A DNA stretch of 64,000 bases from Chloroflexota bacterium (GCA_027298025.1 JAPUGV010000222.1:5146-69145); one strand, 5' to 3'. Positions 39,845-49,595 are shown, counted from the first letter of the stretch. The notes: a model not told the origin generated them from the letters alone. A program made the numbers and translations.

Positions 39845-40221
39845 CCACGTTACGTTCAGGCGTCGATATCGTTGAAGTCAACCGCATTGACAAGGCGATC
39901 TTGCGGCACGGGCAGCGCTTTTTTGATCGCTTCTACACCAGTCAGGAATTGATCGATTCTCAGGGTCAAACTCCCTCGCTCGCGGCGCGCTTCGCAGCTA
40001 AGGAAGCCGTAGCCAAAGCCCTGGGCACCGGAATCGGACAGGTGTCCTGGAAAGACATCGAAGTCGTAACGGGACCGCGAAGGGAGCCAATGCTCCGGCT
40101 GCACGGACAAGCGCAGGAGTTGGCGGAGTCCTTAGGGCTGACCGATTGGGCCATTAGTTTAAGCCACACAGAAGACCATGCGGTCGCGGTTGCGGTCGCC
40201 TTTAACAATGTCATCGACTAA
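39841..40221 (+). CDS. acpS: holo-[acyl-carrier-protein] synthase
   Basis: 126 aa. Contains GVDIVEVNRI, ARFAAKEAVAKALGTG and ISLSHTEDHAVA. Confidence 0.9.
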   Translation: MTTLRSGVDIVEVNRIDKAILRHGQRFFDRFYTSQELIDSQGQTPSLAARFAAKEAVAKALGTGIGQVSWKDIEVVTGPRREPMLRLHGQAQELAESLGLTDWAISLSHTEDHAVAVAVAFNNVID

Positions 40222-40231
40222 GTACTGGGTG

Positions 40232-40240
40232 TGATATACT
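40232..40240 (+). promoter_or_regulatory. extended -10 promoter candidate for the rpsB-tsf operon
   Basis: TGaTATACT (TG at 40232-40233, hexamer at 40235-40240), about 100 nt upstream of the rpsB ATG. Confidence 0.3.
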
Positions 40241-40340
40241 GCCAACCGCTCCCGCCCAAGTCCGTTCGCGGCCCGGCGGGAGAATTTGTGCACAGGGATG
40301 GTGTGCTTATGTTCAGGGAATTTTCAGCTGAGGATGCTTT

Positions 40341-41438
40341 ATGGCCGTCGTGAACATGAAGGAATTGCTTGAAACTGGGGTCCATTTCGGGCATCGGACT
40401 CGAAAGTGGAATCCCAGGATGCGGCCCTTTATCTTCACGGAACGAAATAACATTCACATCATCGATCTTCAGCAGACGCTCGATTCACTGGAAGATGCCT
40501 ATGCGCTGATACGTGACGTCGTCGCCGAAGGAGGAAACATTCTCTTCGTAGGCACAAAGCGACAGGCTCAAGAGACGATCGAGCTGGAAGCTAGGCGATG
40601 CGGTATGCCTTACGTCAATGCTCGGTGGTTGGGGGGGACGCTGACGAATTGGCGGACCATCCGAAGTCGCATCGACGAACTCACTGAGCTCGAGCGCCGG
40701 CGGGACGAAGGCGAATTGGAGCTACTTTCAAAGAAGGAAGCGCTGACAATCACCCGGAGAATCGACAAGCTCGAGGAGCGTCTGGGAGGCATTCGCGAAA
40801 TGAAATCTGCTCCGGACCTCCTGTATGCGGTCGATGTACGAAAAGAAGAGACGGCCGTACACGAGGCCAATTTACTCAAAATCCCGGTGATTGCGTTGGT
40901 CGACACTAACTGCGATCCAAGTGGGGTCGATTATGTGATCCCATCGAATGACGACGCGATCCGCGCCATCAAGCTGCTCACTTCCACAATCGCAGACGCC
41001 GTACTTGAGGGAGTGGGACTGCGCAAGGATCTCGACACAGACGAAGAGCAGGTCGCGTCGGCTGACCAGGAGATTGCCCCACTGGAAATGAGCGATGAAG
41101 AGTTGCTGGGTGAGGCGACCCTGGCCAAGCTGGAGAGCGGCGACTTCGATGAAAAGCAGCTCACGGTAGAGGTTGAGGACAAGACGGATGAAGAAAGCTC
41201 GGTGCCCGCGGAGGAAGAGCAGGCTGAAGCGGAAGCCGAAGCTGCGGACGGTGGTGCTGAGGCTGAGCAGGCTGAAGCGGAAGCTGTGGACGAAAGTGCT
41301 GCGGCAGAGGAAGATCGGGCTGAAGCGGAAGCTGTGGCTGAAGGGGACCAAGAGGCAGATGCTGAGCAGGTTGCTGATGCTGAGGCAGCAGAAGGAGTAG
41401 AAGAACAAGAAGAAGCTGAAGCTCCCGAAGACGAATGA
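40341..41438 (+). CDS. rpsB: 30S ribosomal protein S2 with a long acidic C-terminal extension
   Basis: 365 aa. The S2 core covers about aa 1-228 ([40 protein letters not shown]). A tail of about 137 aa rich in E/A/D follows. Confidence 0.95.
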   Translation: MAVVNMKELLETGVHFGHRTRKWNPRMRPFIFTERNNIHIIDLQQTLDSLEDAYALIRDVVAEGGNILFVGTKRQAQETIELEARRCGMPYVNARWLGGTLTNWRTIRSRIDELTELERRRDEGELELLSKKEALTITRRIDKLEERLGGIREMKSAPDLLYAVDVRKEETAVHEANLLKIPVIALVDTNCDPSGVDYVIPSNDDAIRAIKLLTSTIADAVLEGVGLRKDLDTDEEQVASADQEIAPLEMSDEELLGEATLAKLESGDFDEKQLTVEVEDKTDEESSVPAEEEQAEAEAEAADGGAEAEQAEAEAVDESAAAEEDRAEAEAVAEGDQEADAEQVADAEAAEGVEEQEEAEAPEDE

Positions 41439-42037
41439 AGATTCCTGCTGAACAAGTGAAGGAGCTCCGCCAGCAAACCGGGGCCGGGGTGCTCGATTGC
41501 CGAACGGCACTGGAACAGGCGCAAGGCGATATGGACGCCGCAGTGGGAATCCTGCGCCAAAAGGGGCTCGCCAAGGCGGCCAGCCGGGCCGGCCGAGAGG
41601 CCAGCGACGGCATTATCGACCTTTACAGCCACGGTGAAGGACGGCTGGGCGTCATGGTGGAGGTCAACACAGAAACCGATTTTGTAGCTCGCACGCCGGA
41701 ATTCCGCGAGTTTGCCCATGAGATGGCCCTACAGGTAGCGGCGACCGCACCCCGCTGGGTAAGTCGCGATGACGTTCCGGAAGAGATCCTGGCAAAGGAG
41801 CGGAAAGCGGCTCGTGAGGATGCGCTGGCCGAGGGAAAGTCGGAAAAGGTGGTCGATCGCATTATCGAGGGAAAGCTAGAGAAGTTCCTGAACGATGCGT
41901 GTCTGCTGAATCAACCCTATGTCAGAGACGAGGAGCGGAAGGTTTCGGAAGTTATTCAAGATCTGATTCTTGCCACTGGGGAAAATATTTCGATACGACG
42001 GTTCGAGCGATGGGAGATTGGCGAGGCGCTCGAGTGA
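41435..42037 (+). CDS. tsf: elongation factor Ts (short form)
   Basis: 200 aa with an ATGA overlap with rpsB. Contains [41 protein letters not shown]. Confidence 0.93.
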   Translation: MKIPAEQVKELRQQTGAGVLDCRTALEQAQGDMDAAVGILRQKGLAKAASRAGREASDGIIDLYSHGEGRLGVMVEVNTETDFVARTPEFREFAHEMALQVAATAPRWVSRDDVPEEILAKERKAAREDALAEGKSEKVVDRIIEGKLEKFLNDACLLNQPYVRDEERKVSEVIQDLILATGENISIRRFERWEIGEALE

Positions 42038-42835
<798 letters not shown>

Positions 42836-42974
42836 AGCCCCCGATTTCAGACTGTTCGCAAAACGTCCATTTTACGCTATCCTATAACCTACTCCGTTCC
42901 CCAGGGCCTGGCCTCTAGGGTGGGGCCGTAGTCCGAAAGTGAGCCCAGAACAAACCGTAGGCAGGAGAAGCTAA

Positions 42975-43532
42975 ATGATTAAGGACGCCTTAGGCGAGGC
43001 GGGTTCTCGAATGACGGGCGCCATTCGGGCGCTAGAGGACGATCTCGGAGCGATCAGAACCGGTCGCGCTTCACCTGCGGTCGCAGAGAAGGTCATGGTG
43101 GACTATTATGGAACCCCTACTCCCCTAATTCAACTGGCCACCATTTCCGCTCCAGAGCCGCGGCTGCTGACCATTCGACCCTTCGACCCGGCCAGCATCA
43201 AGGATATTGAGCGTGCGATCCTGTCGTCTGATCTAGGGCTCACGCCGAGCAACGATGGCAAACTCATTCGCCTCAGCATCCCACCGCTCACCGAGGAACG
43301 GCGGCACGAACTCGTAAAGCTGGTGAAGTCGCGGACGGAGGAAGCGCGTGTCTCGGTGCGCAACGTGCGACGCGACGTCCATAACGATATGCGTGAGTTT
43401 GAGAATGAGAAGCTGATCTCAGAGGATGAACTCCATCGCGGCGAAGAAGACCTTCAGAAGGTTACCAATGACTTCACCGAGCAGATTAACGCTATCGGAG
43501 AACGCAAGGAAAAGGAAGTCTTAGAGGTCTAG
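42975..43532 (+). CDS. frr: ribosome recycling factor
   Basis: 185 aa. Contains [32 protein letters not shown] and [14 protein letters not shown]. Confidence 0.95.
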   Translation: MIKDALGEAGSRMTGAIRALEDDLGAIRTGRASPAVAEKVMVDYYGTPTPLIQLATISAPEPRLLTIRPFDPASIKDIERAILSSDLGLTPSNDGKLIRLSIPPLTEERRHELVKLVKSRTEEARVSVRNVRRDVHNDMREFENEKLISEDELHRGEEDLQKVTNDFTEQINAIGERKEKEVLEV

Positions 43533-43544
43533 GATCTACTTAAG

Positions 43545-44273
43545 ATGGACCGCTCAGAGCAGAAACTGCCGGAGACCATCCCAACGCATGTTGCCATCAT
43601 TATGGATGGCAACGGCCGCTGGGCCCGCGATCGGCACTTGCCCAGACTAGCGGGTCACCGCGCGGGCGTTGAAAACTTACGACGTATGCTGCGCGCCGCC
43701 GAAGAATTTGGGATCCGCTACCTGACCATCTATGCGTTCTCCACTGAGAACTGGGAGCGTCCCTCGCGCGAAGTGCGTGGCTTGATGAATATCCTCGAAG
43801 ACGTGATTGATCGCGAACTCGCCGAGATGCACAAGAACGGCGTACAGCTTCGCCATATCGGACGTCTGGAAGGATTGCGCCCAGAGCTCCAGGAAAAGGT
43901 CAGACACGCAATCGAGCTCACGAAGAACAACAGCCGGCTGGTGCTGAACGTGGCCTGGAATTATGGTGGGCGAGACGAAATCATTCATGCCGTACAAGGC
44001 ATGATCCGTGACGGCGTCGATCCTGCAGATATCGACGAAGAGATGGTGCATCGATATCTGTTCACCGCTGACAGCCCCGACCCAGACCTTGTGATCCGCA
44101 CCTCCGGCGAACTGCGAGTGAGCAACTTCCTAATCTGGCAGAGCGCCTACTCAGAGTGGGTGTTTCCTGACACCTATTGGCCAGACTTCGGCCCCGAGCA
44201 ATTACGCGAAGCGCTCTGGGACTATGCACGGCGAGAACGGCGTTTCGGCACAGCAACTGCTCCGGTCGCTTGA
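43545..44273 (+). CDS. uppS: undecaprenyl (isoprenyl) diphosphate synthase
   Basis: 242 aa. Contains HVAIIMDGNGRWA, LTIYAFSTENWERP and RTSGELRVSNFLIWQSAYSE. Confidence 0.93.
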   Translation: MDRSEQKLPETIPTHVAIIMDGNGRWARDRHLPRLAGHRAGVENLRRMLRAAEEFGIRYLTIYAFSTENWERPSREVRGLMNILEDVIDRELAEMHKNGVQLRHIGRLEGLRPELQEKVRHAIELTKNNSRLVLNVAWNYGGRDEIIHAVQGMIRDGVDPADIDEEMVHRYLFTADSPDPDLVIRTSGELRVSNFLIWQSAYSEWVFPDTYWPDFGPEQLREALWDYARRERRFGTATAPVA

Positions 44274-45079
44274 TGCTGCGCCAGCGCGTCATCATTTCCA
44301 TCCTCGTCCTTCCTCTGGTGCTAGGGATGATCGCCTTAGGGGGTTGGCTGTACGTGGCCGGCGTCGCCTTGGCCCTGGCTCTGGCGGCGGCCGAATTCGG
44401 GCAGCTATTTCGCCACGCGGACCTGAGGCCCTCGATCCCGCTGCTGGTCGCGGGTGTATCTGGATTGGTCATCGCCCGCTTTCAGCTGGATGCCGAGCAC
44501 ATGGCATTGTTACTCGCCGCCATTGCTTTGCTGAGCATGATCTGGCATCTGGTGGATTATGAGCGAGGGGCGATGCGGTCCGGCACCGATTTCACCGTGA
44601 CTCTCGCCGGAATCTTCTACCTTGGCTGGATCGGTGCCTACCTGGTAGAGCTAAGGTTGCTACCTGAAGGCCAGTGGTGGGTTCTGATCGCCCTCCCGGT
44701 TGTATGGATTGCGGATACGGCGGCCTACTTCGTCGGGAAACGTTATGGCAGGCGGCCGCTATCGCCCCGCTTGAGCCCTAACAAAACGTGGGAAGGCTAC
44801 TTGTCGGGAGTGCTCACGGGGACCCTGGCCGGCTACGGTCTGGCGGCCCTTTTTGCCAGTCTGGGAGGGAATGTGGATCCCGTGGGTGGCGCCATCGTCG
44901 GCTTCCTAGTGTCAACCATCGCTCCCCTCGGGGATCTGGGTATCAGCATGATCAAGCGTGAGATGAACGCCAAGGATACCGGCACGCTGCTCTCCGCCCA
45001 CGGTGGAGCGCTGGATAGAATCGACTCCTGGCTGTGGGCGGGCGTGTTGGGGTTCTATGCTGTGGTTTGGGCGGTGTAA
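44273..45079 (+). CDS. cdsA: phosphatidate cytidylyltransferase
   Basis: ATG at 44273 sits in a TGATG overlap with uppS. Contains SPNKTWEGYLSG and ISMIKREMNAKDTGTLLSAHGGALDRIDS. Confidence 0.9.
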   Translation: MLRQRVIISILVLPLVLGMIALGGWLYVAGVALALALAAAEFGQLFRHADLRPSIPLLVAGVSGLVIARFQLDAEHMALLLAAIALLSMIWHLVDYERGAMRSGTDFTVTLAGIFYLGWIGAYLVELRLLPEGQWWVLIALPVVWIADTAAYFVGKRYGRRPLSPRLSPNKTWEGYLSGVLTGTLAGYGLAALFASLGGNVDPVGGAIVGFLVSTIAPLGDLGISMIKREMNAKDTGTLLSAHGGALDRIDSWLWAGVLGFYAVVWAV

Positions 45080-45150
45080 GCAGTGGCAGAGGCACCTTCA
45101 AAGAACCTGGTGCTTGAACTGGCCCGCGTGACGGAAGCGGCGCCAGCGTA

Positions 45151-45262
45151 GCTCCCAGGTCTGCTTGTAGGCCGAAGGTCTGCTTGTAGGCCGAAGGTCT
45201 GCTTGTAGCTCCCAGGTCTGCTTGTAGGCCGAAGGTCTGCTTGTAGGCCGAAGGTCTGCTTG
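45151..45262. repeat. tandem array of six 19-nt units in A-B-B-A-B-B order
   Basis: A = GCTCCCAGGTCTGCTTGTA (45151, 45208). B = GGCCGAAGGTCTGCTTGTA (45170, 45189, 45227, and 45246 truncated). It lies in the cdsA-rho spacer. Confidence 0.95.
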
Positions 45263-45288
45263 CGCGGCCAATAACCGAATGCTATAAT
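45260..45288 (+). promoter_or_regulatory. promoter candidate for rho (extended -10)
   Basis: TTGCGC (45260-45265), a 17-nt spacer, then TGcTATAAT (TG at 45280-45281, TATAAT at 45283-45288). This leaves a leader of about 135 nt. Confidence 0.45.
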
Positions 45289-45431
45289 CGTTGAGTCAGA
45301 GCCTTTTCGAGACATCCCCAACCACGCAATTGAGCCTGGCTGTTATCTAGCACCCACCAAGTGATTCCTATCCAGAACATTGTAGCTCGCGAAATCCGCG
45401 GATAGCCTCACTTCCCGCAGGGAGAAAACTT

Positions 45432-46712
45432 ATGAACATTGGGGAACTGGAAGCCCTATCCCTTCCCGATTTGCGCACCAAATCCAAGGAATTGGAGATT
45501 CAGGGCGCCACCCGCTTGAAGAAAGAGGATCTCATACTACGTCTCATGCAGGCCGAGGCCGAACGCAAGGGCCTTGAGCTCCGTGGCGGTGTGCTTGAGG
45601 TCATGAACGAAGGCATGGGTTTCCTGCGCGCCGAGCACTACTTGCCCGGCCCGAACGACATCTACGTTTCGCAATCGCAAATCCGCCGCTTCGGTCTCCG
45701 CACCGGGGATATGGTGATCGGCCAGATCCGGCCGCCAAAGGATACGGAGAAGTACTACGGATTGCTGCGGGTCGAGTCCATCAATGGCATGAACCCAGAT
45801 GAACTCAAGGATCGTCCCAAGTTTGAGAAGCTGACGCCGATCTTTCCGGAGGAGCGCTTCAACCTCGAGACGGATCGACACGCGCTGGCGAACCGGATGC
45901 TGAATCTGGTTGCCCCGATTGGTAAGGGGCAACGTGGTTTGATCGTTTCGCCTCCCAAGGCAGGCAAGACCACCGTGCTGAAGGGTATTGCGAATGCCAT
46001 CTCGCAGAACTACCCACAGGTGCACCTCATGGTGGCGCTGATCGGCGAGCGCCCAGAAGAGGTGACCGATATGGATCGCTCCGTGGATGCGGAGGTTATT
46101 TCCTCAACCTTCGACGACCCTGGCAGCTCGCACGTACGTGTGGCCGAAATGGCTCTCGAGCGGGCAAAGCGGCTGGTGGAGTGTGATCGTGACGTCGTGA
46201 TCCTGCTCGACTCCATCACGCGCCTGGCGCGGGCCTACAACTTGATGGTCACGCCTTCCGGCAGGACGCTGTCGGGTGGGCTGGATCCGGCTGCGCTCTA
46301 TCCGCCGAAGCGATTCTTTGGCGCGGCGCGCAACCTGGAGGAGGGTGCCTCGCTCACCATCATCGCCACCTGCCTGGTGGACACTGGCTCACGGCTGGAC
46401 GACGTGGTTTACGAGGAGTTCAAGGGCACCGGCAACATGGAGCTGCATCTCTCGCGCAAGCTGCAGGAGCGCCGTGTGTTCCCCGCATTCGACATCGATC
46501 GATCATCGACCCGACGCGAAGAGCTGCTGCTTGGGCCGGACATCACTCAGAGGGTATGGCTCATGAGGCGGATGTACTCTCAACTGCTCATGGCGCCGCC
46601 GAATGGGGCCGGTATGGAGATGGTCAGCGCTACCGAAGCCATCATCGACCGGATTCGGCGCACAGAGAACAACGTGGAGTTCCTCGAAACGCTGACCGAG
46701 GACGGTTCCTAG
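45432..46712 (+). CDS. rho: transcription termination factor Rho
   Basis: 426 aa. Contains RFGLRTGDMVIGQIRPPKDTEKYYGLLRVESING, GQRGLIVSPPKAGKTTVL and VFPAFDIDRSSTRREELL. Confidence 0.96.
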   Translation: MNIGELEALSLPDLRTKSKELEIQGATRLKKEDLILRLMQAEAERKGLELRGGVLEVMNEGMGFLRAEHYLPGPNDIYVSQSQIRRFGLRTGDMVIGQIRPPKDTEKYYGLLRVESINGMNPDELKDRPKFEKLTPIFPEERFNLETDRHALANRMLNLVAPIGKGQRGLIVSPPKAGKTTVLKGIANAISQNYPQVHLMVALIGERPEEVTDMDRSVDAEVISSTFDDPGSSHVRVAEMALERAKRLVECDRDVVILLDSITRLARAYNLMVTPSGRTLSGGLDPAALYPPKRFFGAARNLEEGASLTIIATCLVDTGSRLDDVVYEEFKGTGNMELHLSRKLQERRVFPAFDIDRSSTRREELLLGPDITQRVWLMRRMYSQLLMAPPNGAGMEMVSATEAIIDRIRRTENNVEFLETLTEDGS

Positions 46713-46881
46713 CCGCAAGGACTGAACCCGAGCTCTTCAAAGGGTTCGCAGCGCATCGGATCCAACCAACCCCCAATCGACCCTTCATAATGCATGTGAG
46801 CCACGGGCTCGATCGACGTGTTATCATCCGCGCTTGTTCTGGGAGTGCTGAACTGCGCTGCTGCAAGCGGATTATAGGGGC

Positions 46882-47979
46882 TTGCCCAGAACTCCTAAGG
46901 GGAAAGCCTTGAATCCCGACGATCCCTCGGATCGAAAACGAATCTCCTTGCCCCGATATGCCGAGCATGCAGGCTTCCTGCTCATCGCAGTCGTTGGGCT
47001 GCTCGTAGCACGGGCCGGGCTCGAGGCGCCACCCGAGCGCTCTGAAGCGCAGGCGGTGGTTTCCGACCCTATTGCTCTCGAACTTCCTGACTACATCCCC
47101 CCATCGGATCAATCTCTCCGTCGAACTGCCGATGTTCACACGCTGATTCCGACGCGTGACAGGCTCACGATCCTGAAATATGTCGTTCAGACGGGCGACA
47201 CGCTTTTTGGGATCTCCAACCGGTTTGGACTTCAGCCGGAGACCGTCCTTTGGGGCAATTTCGATACTTTGGAAGACAATCCGCATAGCCTGAAGCCGGG
47301 TCAGGACCTCAACATCCTGCCGGTAGACGGCACATTCTATGTGTGGAAACAGGGCGATGGGTTGATCGGCGTTGCTGACTTTTTCGGAGTGTCTCCACAG
47401 AATATTCTGGATTGGCCCGGGAATCAGCTTCCGCAGGATTTGGACTTGATTAATCCCGATATTGCACCGGGCAGCCCGATTGTGATACCGGGTGGGCAGC
47501 GAGAGACGGTAGATTGGCGAGCGCCGCGCATCACTCGCGCGAATCCGTCGTCGGCTAGGATCCTGGGCCCCGGATTTTGCGGTTCTGTTTACGATGGCCC
47601 GGTCGGGGCCGGCTTCTTCGTGTGGCCAACGCCGGGGCGCTCAATCTCAGGTTATTCGTTCAGCCTCAACATTCATCCCGCAATCGACATTGGAGGAGGC
47701 GAAGGCAACGCCATCTATGCTGTCGATGCAGGGGTGGTGGTCTACGCGGGCTGGCACAATGGAGGATACGGCAACGTGATCGTTATCGATCACGGCAATG
47801 GCTGGCAGAGTCTCTACGCTCACATGCGCAGTCTGTCCGTGGGCTGCGGCGACGGCTTGTTCCAGGGAAGCATAATTGGAGGGATGGGCAGCACCGGAAA
47901 CAGCAGCGGAACTCACTTACACTATGAGATGCAAAATGATCAATTTGGGAAGGTCAGTCCGCTCAACTTCCTTCCATAA
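46882..47979 (+). CDS. M23-family peptidoglycan endopeptidase with two LysM-like domains and an N-terminal TM (start uncertain)
   Basis: 365-aa ORF with a TTG start. The TM is AGFLLIAVVGLLVA. The LysM-like units are YVVQTGDTLFGISNRFGL and YVWKQGDGLIGVADFFGV. The M23 core is HPAIDIGGGEGNAIYAVDAGVVVYAG...GSTGNSSGTHLHYEM. Confidence 0.85.
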   Translation: MPRTPKGKALNPDDPSDRKRISLPRYAEHAGFLLIAVVGLLVARAGLEAPPERSEAQAVVSDPIALELPDYIPPSDQSLRRTADVHTLIPTRDRLTILKYVVQTGDTLFGISNRFGLQPETVLWGNFDTLEDNPHSLKPGQDLNILPVDGTFYVWKQGDGLIGVADFFGVSPQNILDWPGNQLPQDLDLINPDIAPGSPIVIPGGQRETVDWRAPRITRANPSSARILGPGFCGSVYDGPVGAGFFVWPTPGRSISGYSFSLNIHPAIDIGGGEGNAIYAVDAGVVVYAGWHNGGYGNVIVIDHGNGWQSLYAHMRSLSVGCGDGLFQGSIIGGMGSTGNSSGTHLHYEMQNDQFGKVSPLNFLP

Positions 47980-48001
47980 TGCGATGCATGGAGGCTGATC
48001 G

Positions 48002-49081
48002 GTGAATCGGGCAAGTGCGCTATCGCTCTTCAGGTCGTCTGTGTTCTGGAGCGCGGTGCTCGCGCTGGCGGTATTGGGTGTGGCGGTCGCAGGGGTACGG
48101 GCTCGGGCAGTGACGCCCGCGAAGACGGAGGTCGAGCAGAGCCTACCGCCAACCTCCGCGCCCACCCTCCTGCAGATCGAGGACCTGCCACCTTTTGCTG
48201 AAGCACAGGAAGTAGGAATCAGCCGGCTATCGGATGTCCATACCGTCATCCCGACCCGCCCCAGACTCGGTTTGCTCAAGTACCTGGTTCAGGGGGGCGA
48301 CACATTATTTGGCATTGCGGATAAATTTGATCTGAAGCCCGAGTCTATCCTGTGGGGCAACTGGTACGAATTGGATGGAGATCCTCATTTCATTGCACCC
48401 GGACAGGATCTCATCATCCTGCCGGTCGATGGCACGCTGCACCGGTGGAGTGCGGGCGAAGGGCTTAATGGCGTAGCGACCTTCTACGGGGTCACGGCGC
48501 AAGACATCCTCGATTGGCCAGGAAACGATCTCGACCCCCGCATGGATCCGGCCAATCCGGACATAGCAGAAGGCAGTGGCCTGATTGTGCCGGGAGGGAA
48601 ACGTGAACCCCCCAGCTGGCAGCTGGTCCGCATCACGCGCTCCAATCCAGCGGTGGCTAACATTCTTGGGCCGGGGGCCTGTTCGGCGGTTTCAGACGGA
48701 CCGATTGGAGACGGCGCATTTGGTTGGCCGACACCAAGCACGGCTGTCACGGGGAATCCTTACATCCCGGGGGTGCACGAGGCGATTGATATCGGTGGCG
48801 GCGCCGGCAATGCAATATACGCATCCGACGACGGGGTCGTGGTTTATGCGGGTTGGAACGACTGGGGCTACGGCTACACCGTTGTACTCGACCACGGTAA
48901 CGGCTGGCAGTCGCTGTATGCCCACAATGGCCAGGTTAAGGTCGGCTGTGGTCAAGCGGTGTTCCAAGGCAACGTGATCGCCGGGATGGGCTGCACCGGC
49001 AGCTGCAGCGGCACCCACTTACATTTCGAGCTGCGCAGCGATGCCTTCGGCCGCGTCAACCCCCTCAATTTCTTGCCCTAG
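48002..49081 (+). CDS. M23-family peptidoglycan endopeptidase with LysM-like domains (tandem paralog)
   Basis: 359 aa with the same architecture and colinear similarity to 46882..47979. Contains YLVQGGDTLFGIADKFDL, HEAIDIGGGAGNAIYASDDGVVVYAG and GCTGSCSGTHLHFEL. Confidence 0.85.
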   Translation: MNRASALSLFRSSVFWSAVLALAVLGVAVAGVRARAVTPAKTEVEQSLPPTSAPTLLQIEDLPPFAEAQEVGISRLSDVHTVIPTRPRLGLLKYLVQGGDTLFGIADKFDLKPESILWGNWYELDGDPHFIAPGQDLIILPVDGTLHRWSAGEGLNGVATFYGVTAQDILDWPGNDLDPRMDPANPDIAEGSGLIVPGGKREPPSWQLVRITRSNPAVANILGPGACSAVSDGPIGDGAFGWPTPSTAVTGNPYIPGVHEAIDIGGGAGNAIYASDDGVVVYAGWNDWGYGYTVVLDHGNGWQSLYAHNGQVKVGCGQAVFQGNVIAGMGCTGSCSGTHLHFELRSDAFGRVNPLNFLP

Positions 49082-49164
49082 CTCCGGAAAGACACCACCC
49101 ATCATCCGGGCGCCCGTCGATCCAAGCTGACACCCATGTCGATCTTGGGATTCACATTACGTGA

Positions 49165-49195
49165 AACCGCCCACTTCGCAAGGAGGTGGGCGGTT
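49165..49195. terminator. bidirectional hairpin between the M23 gene (+) and the tRNA cluster (-)
   Basis: AACCGCCCAC / GTGGGCGGTT form a 10-bp stem with an 11-nt loop. On the minus strand it is followed by TTTCAC, directly after the tRNA-Arg 3' end. Confidence 0.6.
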
Positions 49196-49198
49196 CAG

Positions 49199-49272
49199 CG
49201 CGCCTAGTAGGATTCGAACCTACGACCTTCGACTCCGCAAGCCGGTGCTCTATCCAGCTGAGCTATAGGCGC
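49199..49272 (-). tRNA. tRNA-Arg, anticodon GCG by hand fold (no encoded CCA)
   Basis: The reverse complement reads GCGCCTA-TA-GCTC-AGCTGGATA-GAGC-A-CCGGC-TTGCGGA-GTCGA-AGGTC-GTAGG-TTCGAAT-CCTAC-TAGGCGC-G. The D-arm is Arg-like. The anticodon stem has a C27-A43 mismatch and one G-U pair. Confidence 0.8.
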
Positions 49273-49316
49273 AAGACCCCCTGGGGGGTACTCTTCAAAT
49301 CAATGGTAAATCGAGG

Positions 49317-49409
49317 CGGGGAGGGAGGGATTTGAACCCTCGATTGAGGTTTGTGCCCCAATAACCGCTTAGCAGGCGGTCCCGATCAGCCAGACTCCGG
49401 CACCTCCCC
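49317..49409 (-). tRNA. tRNA-Ser, anticodon GCU (class II, no encoded CCA)
   Basis: The reverse complement reads GGGGAGG-TG-CCGG-AGTCTGGCTGA-TCGG-G-ACCGC-CTGCTAA-GCGGT-(22-nt variable arm)-GAGGG-TTCAAAT-CCCTC-CCTCCCC-G. Confidence 0.88.
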
Positions 49410-49412
49410 ATG

Positions 49413-49502
<90 letters not shown>

Positions 49503-49533
49503 GGGATTCGGGCTCCCTTTCCAGAGCGCCCGG

Positions 49534-49542
49534 ATTTTACCA
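49534..49542 (-). promoter_or_regulatory. extended -10 promoter candidate for the tRNA cluster
   Basis: The minus strand reads TGgTAAAAT, ending about 31 nt upstream of the tRNA-Ser(UGA) 5' end. I saw no clear -35. Confidence 0.3.
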
Positions 49543-49595
49543 TGCGCGCCCTTTATCGCCCTCGGCCGCTATCGTACACTATCGCGGGGAACTAA

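Noticed and set aside
40872-41719. Long minus-strand ORFs (212, 262 and 150 aa) antisense to the rpsB tail and tsf
   Set aside because: They are low-complexity Ser/Ala/Leu/Phe-rich translations of the complement of the GAA/GCT-rich acidic repeat. The rpsB and tsf frames on the plus strand have unambiguous homology.
45151-45262. Possible CRISPR array
   Set aside because: The units are 19 nt and directly abut one another with no spacers. There are only two sequence variants in a fixed ABB pattern, and no cas genes are nearby.
45055-45321. 88-aa minus-strand ORF translating to ...QTFGLQADLRPTSRPGSYKQTFGLQADLRPTSRPGSY...
   Set aside because: Its internally repeated peptide is simply the translation of the 19-nt tandem DNA repeat. 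It also overlaps the cdsA 3' end and has no start context. I treat it as a repeat artefact, not a gene.
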